Source of the DNA: Actinomycetota bacterium
Lineage (GTDB): Bacteria; Actinomycetota; Actinomycetes; S36-B12; UBA5976
DNA length: 64,000 bases
NCBI GenBank assembly: GCA_026393095.1
Contig: JAPLAV010000047.1
Coordinates: forward strand, 1,430 to 65,429
Direction of reading: 5' to 3'
Shown: in pieces, positions 9,628-18,423 of the stretch
Numbering within the stretch: position 1 is the stretch's first letter
How the letters are laid out: every line of letters starts with the position of its first letter
The notes under the pieces: generated by a model
The model's input: the letters and a program-made list of their open reading frames with translations, nothing else
What the model was told of the DNA's origin: nothing
Databases searched by the model: none
Translations under genes and position numbers: made by a program

Positions 9628-11178
9628 ATGCGTAAGCGCAATGTTGTGATCGTGGCCATTTCAGCCTTAGTTGTGGCAGGTGGAATTTATACATATACCA
9701 ATTCAAATAAGCCTGCTGTTGATACTTATTTAACTGCTGCTGCTACATCAGAATTAATCGAAAGCAGTGTCTCAACCACTGGTTCCATTGTTGATGAATT
9801 CACTTTTAACGTAAACGCTGATACTCCAGCCGTGTTAACCAAAATTGCAGGAGTTACTACCACTAGCTCTGGAAATCCAGTTTCACTAAGTGACACTTGG
9901 ACAATTAGCAAAATCAATAAAGATGAAGGCTCCATTGTTGCAAAAAATTCAACAATCGTGACTTTAAAGAATTATGAGGGAAATACTCAACTAATTAAGT
10001 CTCCTGTTGCAGGTCGCGTTAGAGCGATTAATGGCATAACCGGTTTTGCAATAAATGGAAATGTTGCTTCTGTTGGGGCAGGAAAAATTTTGGTAAGTAT
10101 TGATGTAACCGAAACCCAAGCTACAAAACTAAGTGTTGGTTTGCCAATTGCTTTAGCAATTAATTCTTCAGACACTTTGACTTCGGGATATATTTCCTCG
10201 ATTAAGTCAAGTGCCACTACTGCTAATGACACAACTCCTACTTACAAAGTGTTAATTACTCCAACACCTAAGACTTTGCCTGCAAGTGCCAGAGCTGGAA
10301 TGACTGCAACAGTTGATGTGACACCTGTTGGAAGTGATCGAATTAGATACACAGACGCAATTTTAATTGATGAATTTACTTACGACATTGATGTCAACAA
10401 TAAAGCAACTTTAACTACTAGAAATGGAATTGATCTTTTCAAGATAGTGACACCTACAACAAGTATTGGAACAAAACAATGGACAGTATCAGCTTTAAAA
10501 ATTGAACCAGGAACTGTTGTTAAAGAAGGCGACATTATTGCTACTTTAAAGAATTTTGATGGCACAACCAAATCTGTTAAATCTCCAGTGAATGGAACAG
10601 TTAGAGAAATTTTGACTGCTCCAGGTGCAGTTGTTTCAACGGCAATTGCCACTATTGGTTCTGGTCCAATGATTGCCTCAATCAAGGTGAGTGAATTTGA
10701 CATTACAAACGTGGCACTAGATCAAGTTGTGGAACTAAAACTTGGAAATAGTACTGAAGTAAGTCCGGGCAAAGTAACTCAAATAGGCCAAGTTGCAACC
10801 ACTGACTCAAACGGAGTTTCACAATTTAGTGTCTTTACCCAATCCGATGCCCTTGTTTCAACATGGAGAATTGGTATGACTGTCACTGCAAAAATTATTT
10901 TGCAAAGTAAACAAGCAGTAATTGCTGTTCCAATTCAAGCACTCGTTAAAAAAGGAAACACTACTTTCGTGCAAGTTCTTGATGCTGAAAATAAACCAGT
11001 AGACAAGGAAGTGAAAGTAGGAATTACAGGTTCTCAATTAGTTGAAATCTTGAGTGGAATCAAAGTAGGCGAAGAAGTTGTGTTAGGTAAGCAATCTCTT
11101 GATGGAAAACTTCCTACTTCTGAAGATCCATTTGCTGAGCAACGAGACAGCCGACGTAATAGCGAATCTCCAAACTAA
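9628..11178 (+). CDS. Membrane-anchored periplasmic-adaptor (MacA/HlyD-like) protein with tandem duplicated lipoyl/beta-barrel module
   Basis: 516 aa with an N-terminal TM anchor. Two internally homologous modules are present (…IVTLKNYEGNTQLIKSPVAGRVRAINGITG… and …IIATLKNFDGTTKSVKSPVNGTVREILTAPG…). It is followed directly by MacB-type ATPase and permease genes. Confidence 0.7.
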   Translation: MRKRNVVIVAISALVVAGGIYTYTNSNKPAVDTYLTAAATSELIESSVSTTGSIVDEFTFNVNADTPAVLTKIAGVTTTSSGNPVSLSDTWTISKINKDEGSIVAKNSTIVTLKNYEGNTQLIKSPVAGRVRAINGITGFAINGNVASVGAGKILVSIDVTETQATKLSVGLPIALAINSSDTLTSGYISSIKSSATTANDTTPTYKVLITPTPKTLPASARAGMTATVDVTPVGSDRIRYTDAILIDEFTYDIDVNNKATLTTRNGIDLFKIVTPTTSIGTKQWTVSALKIEPGTVVKEGDIIATLKNFDGTTKSVKSPVNGTVREILTAPGAVVSTAIATIGSGPMIASIKVSEFDITNVALDQVVELKLGNSTEVSPGKVTQIGQVATTDSNGVSQFSVFTQSDALVSTWRIGMTVTAKIILQSKQAVIAVPIQALVKKGNTTFVQVLDAENKPVDKEVKVGITGSQLVEILSGIKVGEEVVLGKQSLDGKLPTSEDPFAEQRDSRRNSESPN

Positions 11179-11180
11179 AA

Positions 11181-11870
11181 ATGTCTACCGTTGTTGAAAT
11201 GTTGAATGTTACAAAAACATTCGGCGAAGGATCTTCCATAGTAAAAGCTCTTGATGGTGTTGATATTCGTATTGAAAAAGGCGAATTTGTAGCAATTGTT
11301 GGAGCTTCTGGGTCTGGTAAGTCAACCATGATGAATTTAATTGGTTGTCTAGATCGACCAACTGCAGGTCTTGTCAAAGTAGCAGGGGAAGATTTATCAG
11401 AATTAAACGATAAGAAATTAACATCCCTTCGAAACTTAGCCATTGGTTTTGTTTTTCAATCATTTTTTCTGCTTCCTAAAACTGATGCTTTAGATAACGT
11501 TGCAACTCCACTTTTTTATAGGGGAGTGCCAGCAAAAGAAGCTCGAAAAAAAGCCATGGAAATGTTAACCAAGTTAGGCATGGCCGATCGCCACACTCAC
11601 CAATCAACTCAACTATCTGGTGGGCAACAACAAAGAGTGGCTATTGCTCGAGCTCTAGTTACTGAACCATCGTTAATTTTGGCAGATGAGCCAACTGGTG
11701 CACTTGATTCCAACACTGGCAAGCAAGTTATGGATTTATTTGAAGGATTAAATAGAGAAGGAATCACCATCGTTTTAATTACTCATGATCTTGATATTGC
11801 CAAAAGAGCAAAAAGAAGAATCACCCTAAAAGATGGCAAAATTATTAATGATGAGCGTGATGTGGCATGA
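11181..11870 (+). CDS. ABC transporter ATP-binding protein, MacB/LolD type
   Basis: 229 aa. Walker A GASGSGKST and signature LSGGQQQRVAIARAL. 2-nt gap from the adaptor gene and 4-nt overlap with the permease gene. Confidence 0.9.
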   Translation: MSTVVEMLNVTKTFGEGSSIVKALDGVDIRIEKGEFVAIVGASGSGKSTMMNLIGCLDRPTAGLVKVAGEDLSELNDKKLTSLRNLAIGFVFQSFFLLPKTDALDNVATPLFYRGVPAKEARKKAMEMLTKLGMADRHTHQSTQLSGGQQQRVAIARALVTEPSLILADEPTGALDSNTGKQVMDLFEGLNREGITIVLITHDLDIAKRAKRRITLKDGKIINDERDVA

Positions 11871-13033
11871 ACATATTAATTGCTGCCCGTTTAGCTTTTT
11901 CCAGAATTATTGCTACTAAAACTCGTTCAGGTTTAACCATGCTAGGAATAATTATTGGAGTTATGTCCTTAATTGCTTTGGTATCTGTTGCTCAAGGCGC
12001 CACCTCTGGTATTCAAGACCAATTTAAGGGCCTAGGTGCAAGAAATCTAAATATCACCGGAACTACAAATCAATCACTAACCACCGATGATGTTAAAGAA
12101 ATTGAAAAACTCTCAGGAATTGAAATTGTTACAGAAACAGTTTCTGGAAGAGTCACATTGTCTTCTAATGAAGCATCAACTAGAGCTCAAATTATTGGAG
12201 TCGATCAAAATTATAAAACAGTTGTTGATCCAGATATCTTTGTAGGAAGTTTCTTACCTGATGTAACAAATGCTTCTGATGCACGATTAATAGTCTTAAG
12301 CACCACATTGGCAAGTGATTTGAAATTAGATGCTTATTCCATTGGTTCATCAATTGCCGTTGGTTCCACAGAATTCACAATCGTGGGAATTCTGGATGAT
12401 GCTGATGGTTTTGGGACAAGGGGCACTGCTTATATTCCATTAGAAACTGCTTTTAAATATGTAGCAGTTCCGCCTTATCTAAGTTCCATAACAGTCCAAA
12501 CAACTAGTGAAGAAATAGTTCCTGAAGTTACTACAAATTTAACTGCTCTTTTAAAAGCCCGACATAACATCACAGGAGAGCGTGAAGCAGATTTTGTGAT
12601 TACTGATGCAAGTCAATTACTTGACGCCATTGGCACAGTTCAACAGTTTTTATCACTATTACTTGGCGGTATTGCTTCAATTAGTTTGGTTGTCGGTGGC
12701 ATTGGAATTATGAACATCATGTTGGTTTCGGTTAGAGAAAGAACTAGAGAAATCGGCATTAGAAGAGCAATCGGTGCTCAACAATCACAAATCCTTACTC
12801 AGTTTTTGATTGAAGCAATAGTTTTATCTTTAGTGGGTGGAATTATTGGTGTGATTATTGGTGAAGTTGTGGCGTACTTCTTAGCTCAGCTGGGTCAATG
12901 GAATTTTGCGCTTAGCCCAACAATGATCCTTGCTTCTTTGGGTTTCTCTATGTTTGTTGGTGTGGTTTTTGGTGTGTGGCCTGCTAGAACTGCTTCTAAG
13001 TTAAAACCAGTTGAGGCATTGCGCTTTGAGTAA
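11867..13033 (+). CDS. ABC transporter permease, FtsX/MacB type
   Basis: 388 aa. One N-terminal TM helix, a large extracytoplasmic domain, then three C-terminal TM helices (FtsX-like topology). Confidence 0.85.
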   Translation: MNILIAARLAFSRIIATKTRSGLTMLGIIIGVMSLIALVSVAQGATSGIQDQFKGLGARNLNITGTTNQSLTTDDVKEIEKLSGIEIVTETVSGRVTLSSNEASTRAQIIGVDQNYKTVVDPDIFVGSFLPDVTNASDARLIVLSTTLASDLKLDAYSIGSSIAVGSTEFTIVGILDDADGFGTRGTAYIPLETAFKYVAVPPYLSSITVQTTSEEIVPEVTTNLTALLKARHNITGEREADFVITDASQLLDAIGTVQQFLSLLLGGIASISLVVGGIGIMNIMLVSVRERTREIGIRRAIGAQQSQILTQFLIEAIVLSLVGGIIGVIIGEVVAYFLAQLGQWNFALSPTMILASLGFSMFVGVVFGVWPARTASKLKPVEALRFE

Positions 13034-13060
13034 TTCTTGTCATCTGACAAGATTGCCGTT

Positions 13061-13723
13061 ATGGCTGAATTAGTTTTCTTTTCTGGAACCATGGACAGTG
13101 GTAAATCCACCCTGGCTTTGCAAACTCACCATAACCATTCAACAGCTGGTCGTCGCGGTTTAGTTTTCACTAGAAAAGATAGAGCAGGAGAGGCAACTCT
13201 TAGTTCTCGACTTGGATTAAAAGCAAGTGCAATTGAGGTAACAATTGATACCAATTTTTTAAGATTAATGACTCAAGCACTCTCAAAGGGTGAAACTGTT
13301 GACTATTTGATTTGTGATGAAGCTCAGTTTTATGAAGTTGAACAAATCGATCAATTAGCAAGAGTTGTTGATGATTTTGGAATTGATGTATTTACTTTTG
13401 GAATTACCACAGATTTTCGAACCGCACTTTTTCCAGGTGCTCAAAGATTGCTTGAAATTGCAGATCGAGTAAACATTTTGCAAGTAGAAGCTCTTTGTTG
13501 GTGTGGTAAAAAAGCAACCCATCAAGCTCGAATTGTTAATGGAGTAATGGTCACCGAAGGTGAACAAGTAGTAGTTGGAGATGCTGGCACTAGTGCTAAA
13601 CCTGATGAAGTAGTTTATGAAGTTTTATGCCGAAAGCATCACATGCGAAAAGTGACCTCGAAGAAAGCAAAACAAGAACACATGTCAAAAACAGCTTTGC
13701 CTTTTGAAGACTCGATTGGCTAA
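13061..13723 (+). CDS. tdk: Thymidine kinase
   Basis: P-loop FFSGTMDSGKST and a C-terminal zinc ribbon (CWCGKK…CRKHH). I prefer the ATG at 13061 (MAELVFFSG…) to the TTG at 13037 given in the ORF track. Confidence 0.9.
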   Translation: MAELVFFSGTMDSGKSTLALQTHHNHSTAGRRGLVFTRKDRAGEATLSSRLGLKASAIEVTIDTNFLRLMTQALSKGETVDYLICDEAQFYEVEQIDQLARVVDDFGIDVFTFGITTDFRTALFPGAQRLLEIADRVNILQVEALCWCGKKATHQARIVNGVMVTEGEQVVVGDAGTSAKPDEVVYEVLCRKHHMRKVTSKKAKQEHMSKTALPFEDSIG

Positions 13724-13860
13724 ATAAAGACATATCGTCGAGGCAGTTAACCTAGTGTTCATCTTGGTTTCTCTTGCCCTCAATCATCACAATTGGATTT
13801 AGTAATGCAATAAGTGGCAAAGTGTCCCTTAGAAGATTGAAAGTTCCTGGGAGGGATTTC

Positions 13861-14544
13861 ATGTCAAGTAGAAAAGTTCGAGCATTAATTTCAGAATTAC
13901 TAGGTTCATTCACGATCGCTGCTGCTGTAGTGGGCTCAGGCATATTGGCCCAAAACATGACAGATGATAAAGCCATCATGTTGATTATCAACACAATTGG
14001 AACTGTATTTGGTTTAGCAATTGCAATATCTATTTTTTCACAAGTCGGACTTGCTCATTTCAACCCAATTGTGACTCTGTGGACTTTTTCCAGAGGAAAG
14101 CAAACCTTAGTTGAATCCTTACAATTAATCGTTTTCCAAGTTTTGGGATTTGTTATTGGTGTGGGACTAATCAACTACACATTTGGTGGAGATTCTTTTC
14201 AACAAGCAACTCAAGTAAGAGCAGGAACTGGCTTATTGATCAGTGAAGTAATTGCTTCAGCAGGATTAATTTTCGTGCTGACAGCCGTTACCCGATCTGA
14301 TCTGCGCGGTGGGCCACAAGTTTGGGTACCAATTTGGCTAGGAGGAGCAATGCTGTTCTCCTCTTCAGGTGCATTTGCAAACCCAGCGTTTACTTTTGCT
14401 AGATCTCTCACAGACTCATTTACCGGGATTGCCTCTAGTTCTGTTTTCGGATTCATCGTTGCTGAATTAATCGGCCTTGTAATTGGTGGACTTCTTGTTA
14501 TGTATGTTTTCCAAATGAAGTTTAAGAAGCCTAAAGTTTCATGA
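13861..14544 (+). CDS. MIP-family channel (aquaglyceroporin-like, candidate arsenite channel)
   Basis: Two half-helix motifs, HFNPIVTL (NPI) and ANPAFTFARS (NPA). I place the start at ATG 13861, preceded by GGGAGG. The stop overlaps the arsC start (ATGA). Confidence 0.85.
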   Translation: MSSRKVRALISELLGSFTIAAAVVGSGILAQNMTDDKAIMLIINTIGTVFGLAIAISIFSQVGLAHFNPIVTLWTFSRGKQTLVESLQLIVFQVLGFVIGVGLINYTFGGDSFQQATQVRAGTGLLISEVIASAGLIFVLTAVTRSDLRGGPQVWVPIWLGGAMLFSSSGAFANPAFTFARSLTDSFTGIASSSVFGFIVAELIGLVIGGLLVMYVFQMKFKKPKVS

Positions 14545-14900
14545 CTAAAAAAGTAAGCGTTTTATTTGTCTGCGTACATAACGCAGGTAGATCACAAATG
14601 GCTGCTGCTTACTTAAGCTATTTATCCCACGGAACTATTGAAGTTAGATCTGCTGGCTCAATGCCAGCAGATCAAATTAATCCTTCTGTTGTGGCAGCAA
14701 TGTTAGAAGAAGATATTGATATTTCAAAAAATGTTCCTAAAATTTTAACAACAGAAGCGGTACAAGATTCAGATTATATAATAACAATGGGTTGTGGTGA
14801 TGCTTGTCCTATATTTCCAGGTAAAAAATATTTAGATTGGAAATTAGAAGATCCACTTATATGGGGTTTAATCGAAGAAATTAGGGGTCAAAAAAAGTAA
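14541..14900 (+). CDS. arsC: Arsenate reductase, LMW-PTP (thioredoxin/mycoredoxin-coupled) type
   Basis: 119 aa. Catalytic P-loop VLFVCVHNAGRSQMAAA and GCGDACP cysteines. It is about 15-20 aa shorter at the C-terminus than typical family members. Confidence 0.85.
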   Translation: MTKKVSVLFVCVHNAGRSQMAAAYLSYLSHGTIEVRSAGSMPADQINPSVVAAMLEEDIDISKNVPKILTTEAVQDSDYIITMGCGDACPIFPGKKYLDWKLEDPLIWGLIEEIRGQKK

Positions 14901-14949
14901 TAAAACTACTGGTATAGATTAGTTATTACTAGTAGGAGATGATTTTTTT

Positions 14950-16161
14950 ATGAAAGCGCTCGTTATCGGAGCGGGTGGAGTTGGGCGTTCAATCGCCAAT
15001 ATCGCATCTAGAAGAAAATTTATAACCAGCATGGTTATTGCTGATCGTTCATTAGAACGAGCACAACTTGCAATCAAAAGATTAAATGATGATCGCTTTG
15101 ATGCAGCTCAAGTAAACGCTGCTGAATTAGAAGACATTAGAGAATTAATTCGTGACACTAAACCAGATGTTGTGATCAACGCTGTTGATCCAAGATTTGT
15201 GATGCCAATATTTTTAGCTTGCGAAATTGAAAATACTAATTACATGGATATGGCTATGTCTTTGTCTCGTCCTCATCCTAAGTATCCACACACCGAAGTG
15301 GGAGTGAAATTAGGAGATGAGCAATTTGCCCGAGACTGGAACTGGGCTGAAAGAAAGATTTGGGCAGTTGTGGGAATGGGAATTGAACCTGGACTAAGTG
15401 ATGTCTTGGCCAAATATGCCTCAGATGAACTCTTTAGCCAAATTGATGAATTAACAGTGCTAGATGGATCCAACATTGTGATTGAAGGAGATTCTTTTGC
15501 CCCTTCATTCTCAATCTGGACCACCATCGAAGAATGCTTAAACCCACCTTTGGTTTGGGAAGATGGCAAAGGTTGGTTTACCACCAAGCCATTTTCTGAA
15601 CCACAAATATTTGATTTCCCAGAAGGTATTGGTCCGGTGGAATGTGTCAACGTAGAACACGAAGAAGTTGTGTTAATACCTCAAAAAATTGAAGCTAAAA
15701 AAGTTAACTTTAAATACGGACTTGGAAAAGAATTCATCGACATATTAAAAACCATTAACAAGCTTGGTTTAGATAAGAAAGAAAATGTGGACGTTCAAGG
15801 AGTTTCAGTTTCTCCTAGAGATTTGTTAACAGCCTCATTGCCAGATCCTGCCACTTTGGGATCTCGCATGAAAGGTAAAACTTGTGCAGGAGTGTTAGTT
15901 AAAGGATTAGATAAAGAAGGCAAACCAAAAGCTACTTATTTGTATCACGTTGTTGATAACGAATGGTCAATGAAAGAATACGGCGATCAAGCAGTAGTTT
16001 GGCAAACTGCACTAAATCCTGTTGTTGCGATGGAATTGATTCATAATGGAACTTGGAAGCCACAAAGTGTGATGGGTCCTGAATGGTTTGAACCTAAACC
16101 ATTTTTATATTTAGTGAACGAATATGGCGCCCCGTGGAAGATGAGAGAAGAAAAGGTTTAG
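14950..16161 (+). CDS. Saccharopine dehydrogenase-family NAD(P)-binding oxidoreductase
   Basis: 403 aa with an N-terminal Rossmann motif VIGAGGVGRS. Size and layout match the saccharopine / carboxynorspermidine dehydrogenase family. The substrate cannot be assigned. Confidence 0.7.
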   Translation: MKALVIGAGGVGRSIANIASRRKFITSMVIADRSLERAQLAIKRLNDDRFDAAQVNAAELEDIRELIRDTKPDVVINAVDPRFVMPIFLACEIENTNYMDMAMSLSRPHPKYPHTEVGVKLGDEQFARDWNWAERKIWAVVGMGIEPGLSDVLAKYASDELFSQIDELTVLDGSNIVIEGDSFAPSFSIWTTIEECLNPPLVWEDGKGWFTTKPFSEPQIFDFPEGIGPVECVNVEHEEVVLIPQKIEAKKVNFKYGLGKEFIDILKTINKLGLDKKENVDVQGVSVSPRDLLTASLPDPATLGSRMKGKTCAGVLVKGLDKEGKPKATYLYHVVDNEWSMKEYGDQAVVWQTALNPVVAMELIHNGTWKPQSVMGPEWFEPKPFLYLVNEYGAPWKMREEKV

Positions 16162-16244
16162 TTCTTCTTAATCTTTCCCCTTAGATTTTCGAATTACCCC
16201 CTGTCTGGCTTTCTTAATCTCTTACACGTGGAAGTATTCACCTC

Positions 16245-17498
16245 ATGACAAAAAGAATTCATCCAGCTTGGGTCGTTGCAGGAATTACCTTTTTAACTTT
16301 AATTGCATCTGCTGGTACTAGATCTGCTCCTTCAGTTTTAATTGTTCCTTTGGAAGAAAGTTTTGGCTGGGGCAGAGACGAAATCTCTTTTGCAATTGCT
16401 GTGAATGTTTTACTCTTTGGTTTAGTTGCACCTTTTGCCGCAGCTTTAATGGAACGCTTTGGTATTAAAAAAGTAGTAATGACTGCCTTAAGCGTTGTGG
16501 GAACAGGTTCTGCATTAACAATATTTATTCAAAAACCTTGGCAATTAGTTGCTCTGTGGGGTGTTGTTGTTGGAGTTGGTACCGGTTCTATGGCGTTGGT
16601 ATTTGCCGCAAGCATTGCTAATAGATGGTTTATTAAAAATCGAGGCCTAGTTATTGGTGGCCTAACGGCTGCAACAGCAACTGGTCAATTAATTTTCTTA
16701 CCCGGATTATCAACACTGGCGATCAATATTGGTTGGCAAAGTGTTTCGATTGCAGTTTCATTGAGTTGTTTTGTGATGGTGCCAATTATTGGACTATTTA
16801 TGTATGAAAGACCTTCATCTGCAGGTGTTACTCCATACGGTGCACCTTTTGATTGGGTTGAGCCAATTCAAAACAAACAAAACGCAGGTCGTGTAGCAAT
16901 TGATTCTTTAAAGCAAGCTTTGAAAGTTAGAAATTTCTGGTATCTGGCTGGATCTTTTTTTGTGTGCGGATTATCAACTAATGGATTAATTGGAACACAT
17001 TTTATTCCAGCAGCTCATGATCACGGAATGATGGAAGTTGCTGCAGCAAGTTTACTTGCTTTGGTTGGCGTATTTGATGTGATTGGCACATTGTTTTCTG
17101 GTTGGTTAACCGATCGAATTGATCCTAAGAAATTACTTTTCTTTTATTACTTACTAAGGGGAGTTTCACTATTCTTACTTCCTTCAATTCTTTTCTCCAC
17201 AATTCATCCATCAACTTTAGTTTTTGTTATTTTTTACGGTCTGGATTGGGTTGCTACAGTTCCACCCACAATTTTGTTATGTAGAACCGTACTTGGACCT
17301 GAAAGAGCCACAGTTGTTTATGGTTGGGTGTTTGCCGCACACCAAATTGGTGGATCGATTGCAGCTTTAGGTGCAGGAATTGCTCGAGTTAAATTTGGGG
17401 ATTATTCCCTTGCTTTTTACACCAGCGGATTGTTATGTGTAATTACTGCTATGGCGGTATTGAAGATAAATTACAAGAAAGAAGTAATTAGTTCTTAA
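16245..17498 (+). CDS. MFS transporter (oxalate/formate antiporter-like)
   Basis: 417 aa with about 12 TM helices in a 6+6 arrangement around a central loop. Confidence 0.8.
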   Translation: MTKRIHPAWVVAGITFLTLIASAGTRSAPSVLIVPLEESFGWGRDEISFAIAVNVLLFGLVAPFAAALMERFGIKKVVMTALSVVGTGSALTIFIQKPWQLVALWGVVVGVGTGSMALVFAASIANRWFIKNRGLVIGGLTAATATGQLIFLPGLSTLAINIGWQSVSIAVSLSCFVMVPIIGLFMYERPSSAGVTPYGAPFDWVEPIQNKQNAGRVAIDSLKQALKVRNFWYLAGSFFVCGLSTNGLIGTHFIPAAHDHGMMEVAAASLLALVGVFDVIGTLFSGWLTDRIDPKKLLFFYYLLRGVSLFLLPSILFSTIHPSTLVFVIFYGLDWVATVPPTILLCRTVLGPERATVVYGWVFAAHQIGGSIAALGAGIARVKFGDYSLAFYTSGLLCVITAMAVLKINYKKEVISS

Positions 17499-17501
17499 AA
17501 T

Positions 17502-17535
17502 AATTATGGCCCCTAATTTCTTAGGGGCCATAATT
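17502..17535. terminator. Bidirectional intrinsic terminator between the MFS gene and the heliorhodopsin gene
   Basis: A perfect 15-bp stem (aattatggcccctaa / ttaggggccataatt) with loop tttc, and T-rich flanks on both strands. It lies 3 nt after the MFS stop and 19 nt after the heliorhodopsin stop. Confidence 0.8.
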
Positions 17536-17554
17536 TAAGTACTTTTGGTTGCAA

Positions 17555-18325
17555 TTAAGCAGGAATCAAAGTACCGGAGAAGATTTGCCAAGCAAGTGCT
17601 GATTTTGCAACCAAACTCAACACAATGTAGGCACGTTCTCCTCTTAAGTAATTACTCCATTTACCTTTGCCTTTGTATTGCAAGTATTGAACTAGGGCAA
17701 AAGAGTTAAAGAAGACAAATAGAGAAATGATGATGCCATAAACAAACCCTGGCACCTGCACATCAGAAGATGATCCTGGTGCGATTACATAAATTAGTAA
17801 TCCCAGCCAAGGAACAATTCCTGCGATGCAACCAAACCAAAATGGCAGTAAATCTCCATCTTTTGGTTGGGTGTATTTCTCTTGTAACCAGCCAAATAAA
17901 ATCATGGAAGCATTAACGCCAAATATTGCCAACAGGGCAACAATGTCTCCGATTCCACAAATTTGAGCAATCAAAACGATCATCAACGATGAGGAGAGTG
18001 AATATTCAACCCAACGAAAAATGTTTTGATTCTTAAGAAGTGAAGCTGAGTATCTCGTAAAGTATTTTTCACTTGCAACAATAAAGTGAAAAAGGGCAGA
18101 AAGTCCCAAGAATAAAGCAACTGCGAGACCAACTGGTGTGCTGAAAATAACTACTGGAGCGCTAAAAGTAGTTCCTGGAGGACCGTTTAAATATGTTCCT
18201 GTAACAGGTAATGCAAAATCATTTGCTAACGCTAGAACTGCCAACATTTGCAAAAGGTGGAATCCTCCTGCAATTCTGTTGAAATTCTTTAAAGACTTGA
18301 TTTGTTTAATTGTTGGCTTAGCCAT
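17555..18325 (-). CDS. heR: Heliorhodopsin (inverted-topology retinal-binding seven-helix protein)
   Basis: 256 aa with seven hydrophobic helices. Lys241 lies in helix 7 (LSLVAKSALAW), Glu107 in helix 3 (FRWVEYSLSS), plus His23 and His80. Lys/Arg clusters occur at the N-terminus and in loops 2-3 and 6-7, giving an N-in topology. From memory the sequence is about 90% identical to heliorhodopsin 48C12. SD AAGGAG lies 5 nt before the ATG. Confidence 0.92.
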   Translation of the reverse strand: MAKPTIKQIKSLKNFNRIAGGFHLLQMLAVLALANDFALPVTGTYLNGPPGTTFSAPVVIFSTPVGLAVALFLGLSALFHFIVASEKYFTRYSASLLKNQNIFRWVEYSLSSSLMIVLIAQICGIGDIVALLAIFGVNASMILFGWLQEKYTQPKDGDLLPFWFGCIAGIVPWLGLLIYVIAPGSSSDVQVPGFVYGIIISLFVFFNSFALVQYLQYKGKGKWSNYLRGERAYIVLSLVAKSALAWQIFSGTLIPA

Positions 18326-18386
18326 AACTTCTCCTTTTCCCTATGTCAGGCTAAAGCACAATTATTGAAAAAAGCTTGTTTAAATG

Positions 18387-18423
18387 AAAACACCCCCAAC
18401 AATTGACTTGTTGGGGGTGTTTT
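18387..18423 (-). terminator. Intrinsic terminator downstream of glnA1 (between glnA1 and the heliorhodopsin gene)
   Basis: An 11-bp GC-rich stem (cacccccaaca / tgttgggggtg) with a 7-nt loop, flanked by an A4 and a T-tract. On the minus strand the hairpin is followed by TTTTCATTT. Confidence 0.85.

Noticed and set aside
14860-14949. A frameshift at the A7 run (14890-14896) as the cause of the short ArsC C-terminus.
   Set aside because: Reading the alternative frames past the A-run gives only about 8 more codons (…SNKTTGID*), with no resemblance to the usual ArsC C-terminal helix. The protein simply appears short and all catalytic cysteines are present.
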